A stretch of DNA of 63,467 nt, counting the filler, from Octopus bimaculoides (lineage: Eukaryota): assembly GCF_001194135.2 (NCBI RefSeq). It is 6 parts of 6 records of this genome, joined end to end, with 100 filler letters (N's around TTAATTAATTAA, not from the genome) between each part and the next. Parts side by side here need not be neighbours in the genome. Positions count along the whole stretch, not along the records: positions 54,390 to 62,317 come from NC_069009.1; positions 62,418 to 63,467 come from NC_068983.1; 4 more parts are not named here. The stretch is one strand, 5' to 3'. Shown one piece after another: positions 61,721 through 63,467 of the stretch (position 1 is its first letter; the number at the start of each line of letters is the position of its first letter). The translations under genes and the position numbers were made by a program. A model generated the notes under the pieces. The model worked only from the letters and a program-made list of their open reading frames with translations. It was not told the DNA's origin and made no database searches.

Positions 61721-62317
61721 ATGAAAATGATAACCAAACTATGTTGAGTGATTTTCTCGTATGAGTACAAACTGGGTCACTCTGCCACAGAAGCTCTACG
61801 GAATATCAAGCGGGCCTTTGGTAATGGTTTTATTGACATCCGAACTGTTCAGAGGTGGTTCCAAAGCTCTCGTTCAGGAGATGATAGCCCTGAAAATAAA
61901 CCAAGGGGTAGACCAAAATCAGTTATTCGTCATGATGGATTAAATGATTTGGTTGAACAAAAGTCCGAAAAATCTCGCAAAACTGTTTCTCGACACCTGT
62001 AAAAGCAGGAAAAGTCAAGAAAACAGATAGGTTTGTTCCACATCAACTGAACGAGATTAAAGAAAAACAGACGCCTCGAAGTGTGCTCCTTATTGCTTTC
62101 TCGGCTGGAAAAAGACTATTTTTGCATCAAATCATTACTTATGATGAGAAATGGATGCTCTTTGACAACTGCAGGAGAACAGGACAGTGATTAGATGCAG
62201 GAGAGTCACCTAAACACTACCCAAACCCACCATTGCACCCTAAAAAGTTAGTGGTCACTGTATGGTGATCTGCGAAGGGAGTTATTCATTTTTGCAACAA
62301 GGAAAATCGGTAACAGC
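61721..62317 (+). pseudogene. Mariner (Mos1/SETMAR-like) transposase pseudogene, running into a gap
   Basis: YEYKLGHSATEALRNIKRAFG...TVQRWFQ...GRP (HTH); FVPHQL (WVPHEL motif); IITYDEKW (first catalytic D); LHPKKLVVTVW*; stops and frameshifts. Confidence 0.9.
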
Positions 62318-62419
62318 NNNNNNNNNNNNNNNNNNNNNNNNNNNNNNNNNNNNNNNNNNNNTTAATTAATTAANNNNNNNNNNNNNNNNNNNNNNNNNNN
62401 NNNNNNNNNNNNNNNNNAA

Positions 62420-62900
62420 TAAGCAGATGACAAACTGTACCTTGAGATAAAAAAAAGAACAGATCCTGTATGCTAGAGATCTTTCCAGCAATCAGATCTG
62501 GACACAATGTAGCAATGAATTACTGATTGGCAACTCAAGCTGGCTGTGGACAAGTGAACCTCCATGCATTCTGTGAGGGGAAAACCCAAGCTTTACATTC
62601 TCCCTCAACAACACCAATCCTAAGAAGTCTGCTAGTGAATGTGACTTGGACATCATTGTCAACAATGATTTGTATTGGACAAACTATATCTCTAAAATTG
62701 TCAAGAAAGCGACGTGTCTTAGCATCACTCAGTAAGACCTTTGTCAGACACTCTTCAGCTATCTATTTAAAGCTGTATATGGCTCTGAAATGTTCACATG
62801 TAGAGTTTGCATCACCAGCCTGGAACCTCTATCTTGCTCATCATATCACTCTCCTGCACCTATGAATACCTGATGCCAGGCATCTACATTTTGCTTCCTT
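62420..62900 (+). mobile_element. CR1/L2-like RT C-terminal remnant
   Basis: ADDKLY...DLDT...DWQLKLAVDK...DLDIIVNNDLYWTNYISKIVKKA...KLYMALKCSHVEFASPAW. Confidence 0.8.
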
Positions 62901-63467
62901 GGGCATGGACACATAAAAGTTCCAACATCTGGCAACTTGGTAGACACCCATAAGATTATCTATCATCTTTGCACAACAACCTTGGGCACACCTTTGCCTA
63001 CCATATGTCTAATACTTGTGGACATACTTACAAAAATAAAAAAAACAACACAATACTCATGACTTTTATAAACATTTTTTCATGTTTGAAATCGCTGGCT
63101 TGCCAGATCCTGTGAAACTGTCTGACCCATGCTGTGGGGTGTATTAAATATGTTACTTACCTTCTTTACTGCATTCCAATACCATGTATTTGCACTTCCT
63201 ACAGAGAAGAGTAAAAGTTTTATTATTATATTTCTTAATGTTAAAATCACATCTTTATACTGTTACCAAATCATGTTATAAGAGAGTAGCAGCTAGATAA
63301 GTTATAGAAATGCATTGTGTCTATAGTCAAGGCATTGTTTTGTAAATGATATAGACCATCTAAGTTAAAGCAGTTAATACATAGAAGAACTGTTCAGCAT
63401 TGTAATCAGTGGGTGTGTTGTAAAACTGATGAGCATCACATCAGCCTGAAAGTATTTATTTGGATTT

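Noticed and set aside
1-63467. CRISPR arrays, rRNA, bona fide tRNA genes, prokaryotic operons
   Set aside because: None seen. The tRNA-like sequences are SINE heads, and the tandem repeats have no unique spacers.

Overview
Repeat-dense, AT-rich animal genomic DNA with about 30 N-gaps. It is most likely an octopus draft scaffold (probably Octopus bimaculoides), inferred from the SINE repertoire and microsatellite load; no search was run. I found no intact host protein-coding gene. Nearly every ORF in the supplied track is a microsatellite or N read-through. The window contains: five or six tRNA-type SINE families; dead CR1/L2-like and R4/Dong-like LINEs; Penelope-like (PLE) remnants; mariner, Tc1, pogo, hAT, piggyBac-like and Merlin-like DNA elements; a decayed Ginger/Gypsy-type integrase; and an artificial TTAATTAATTAA gap linker. 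The main discovery is a cluster of seven type-I hammerhead ribozyme (HHR) motifs from four unrelated repeat families between 3.6 and 7.7 kb. One family has the variant core UUGAUAA (U3-A8 in place of C3-G8). Its copy at 6980-7038 has an 11-bp bulged stem I and a palindromic stem III. Three copies of this family lie in alternating orientation, so ribozymes occur on both strands. This is a candidate cephalopod retrozyme or PLE-derived self-cleaving RNA unit that a CUGANGA pattern search would miss. All family names come from by-eye translation and motif recognition, and coordinates of decayed repeats are approximate.
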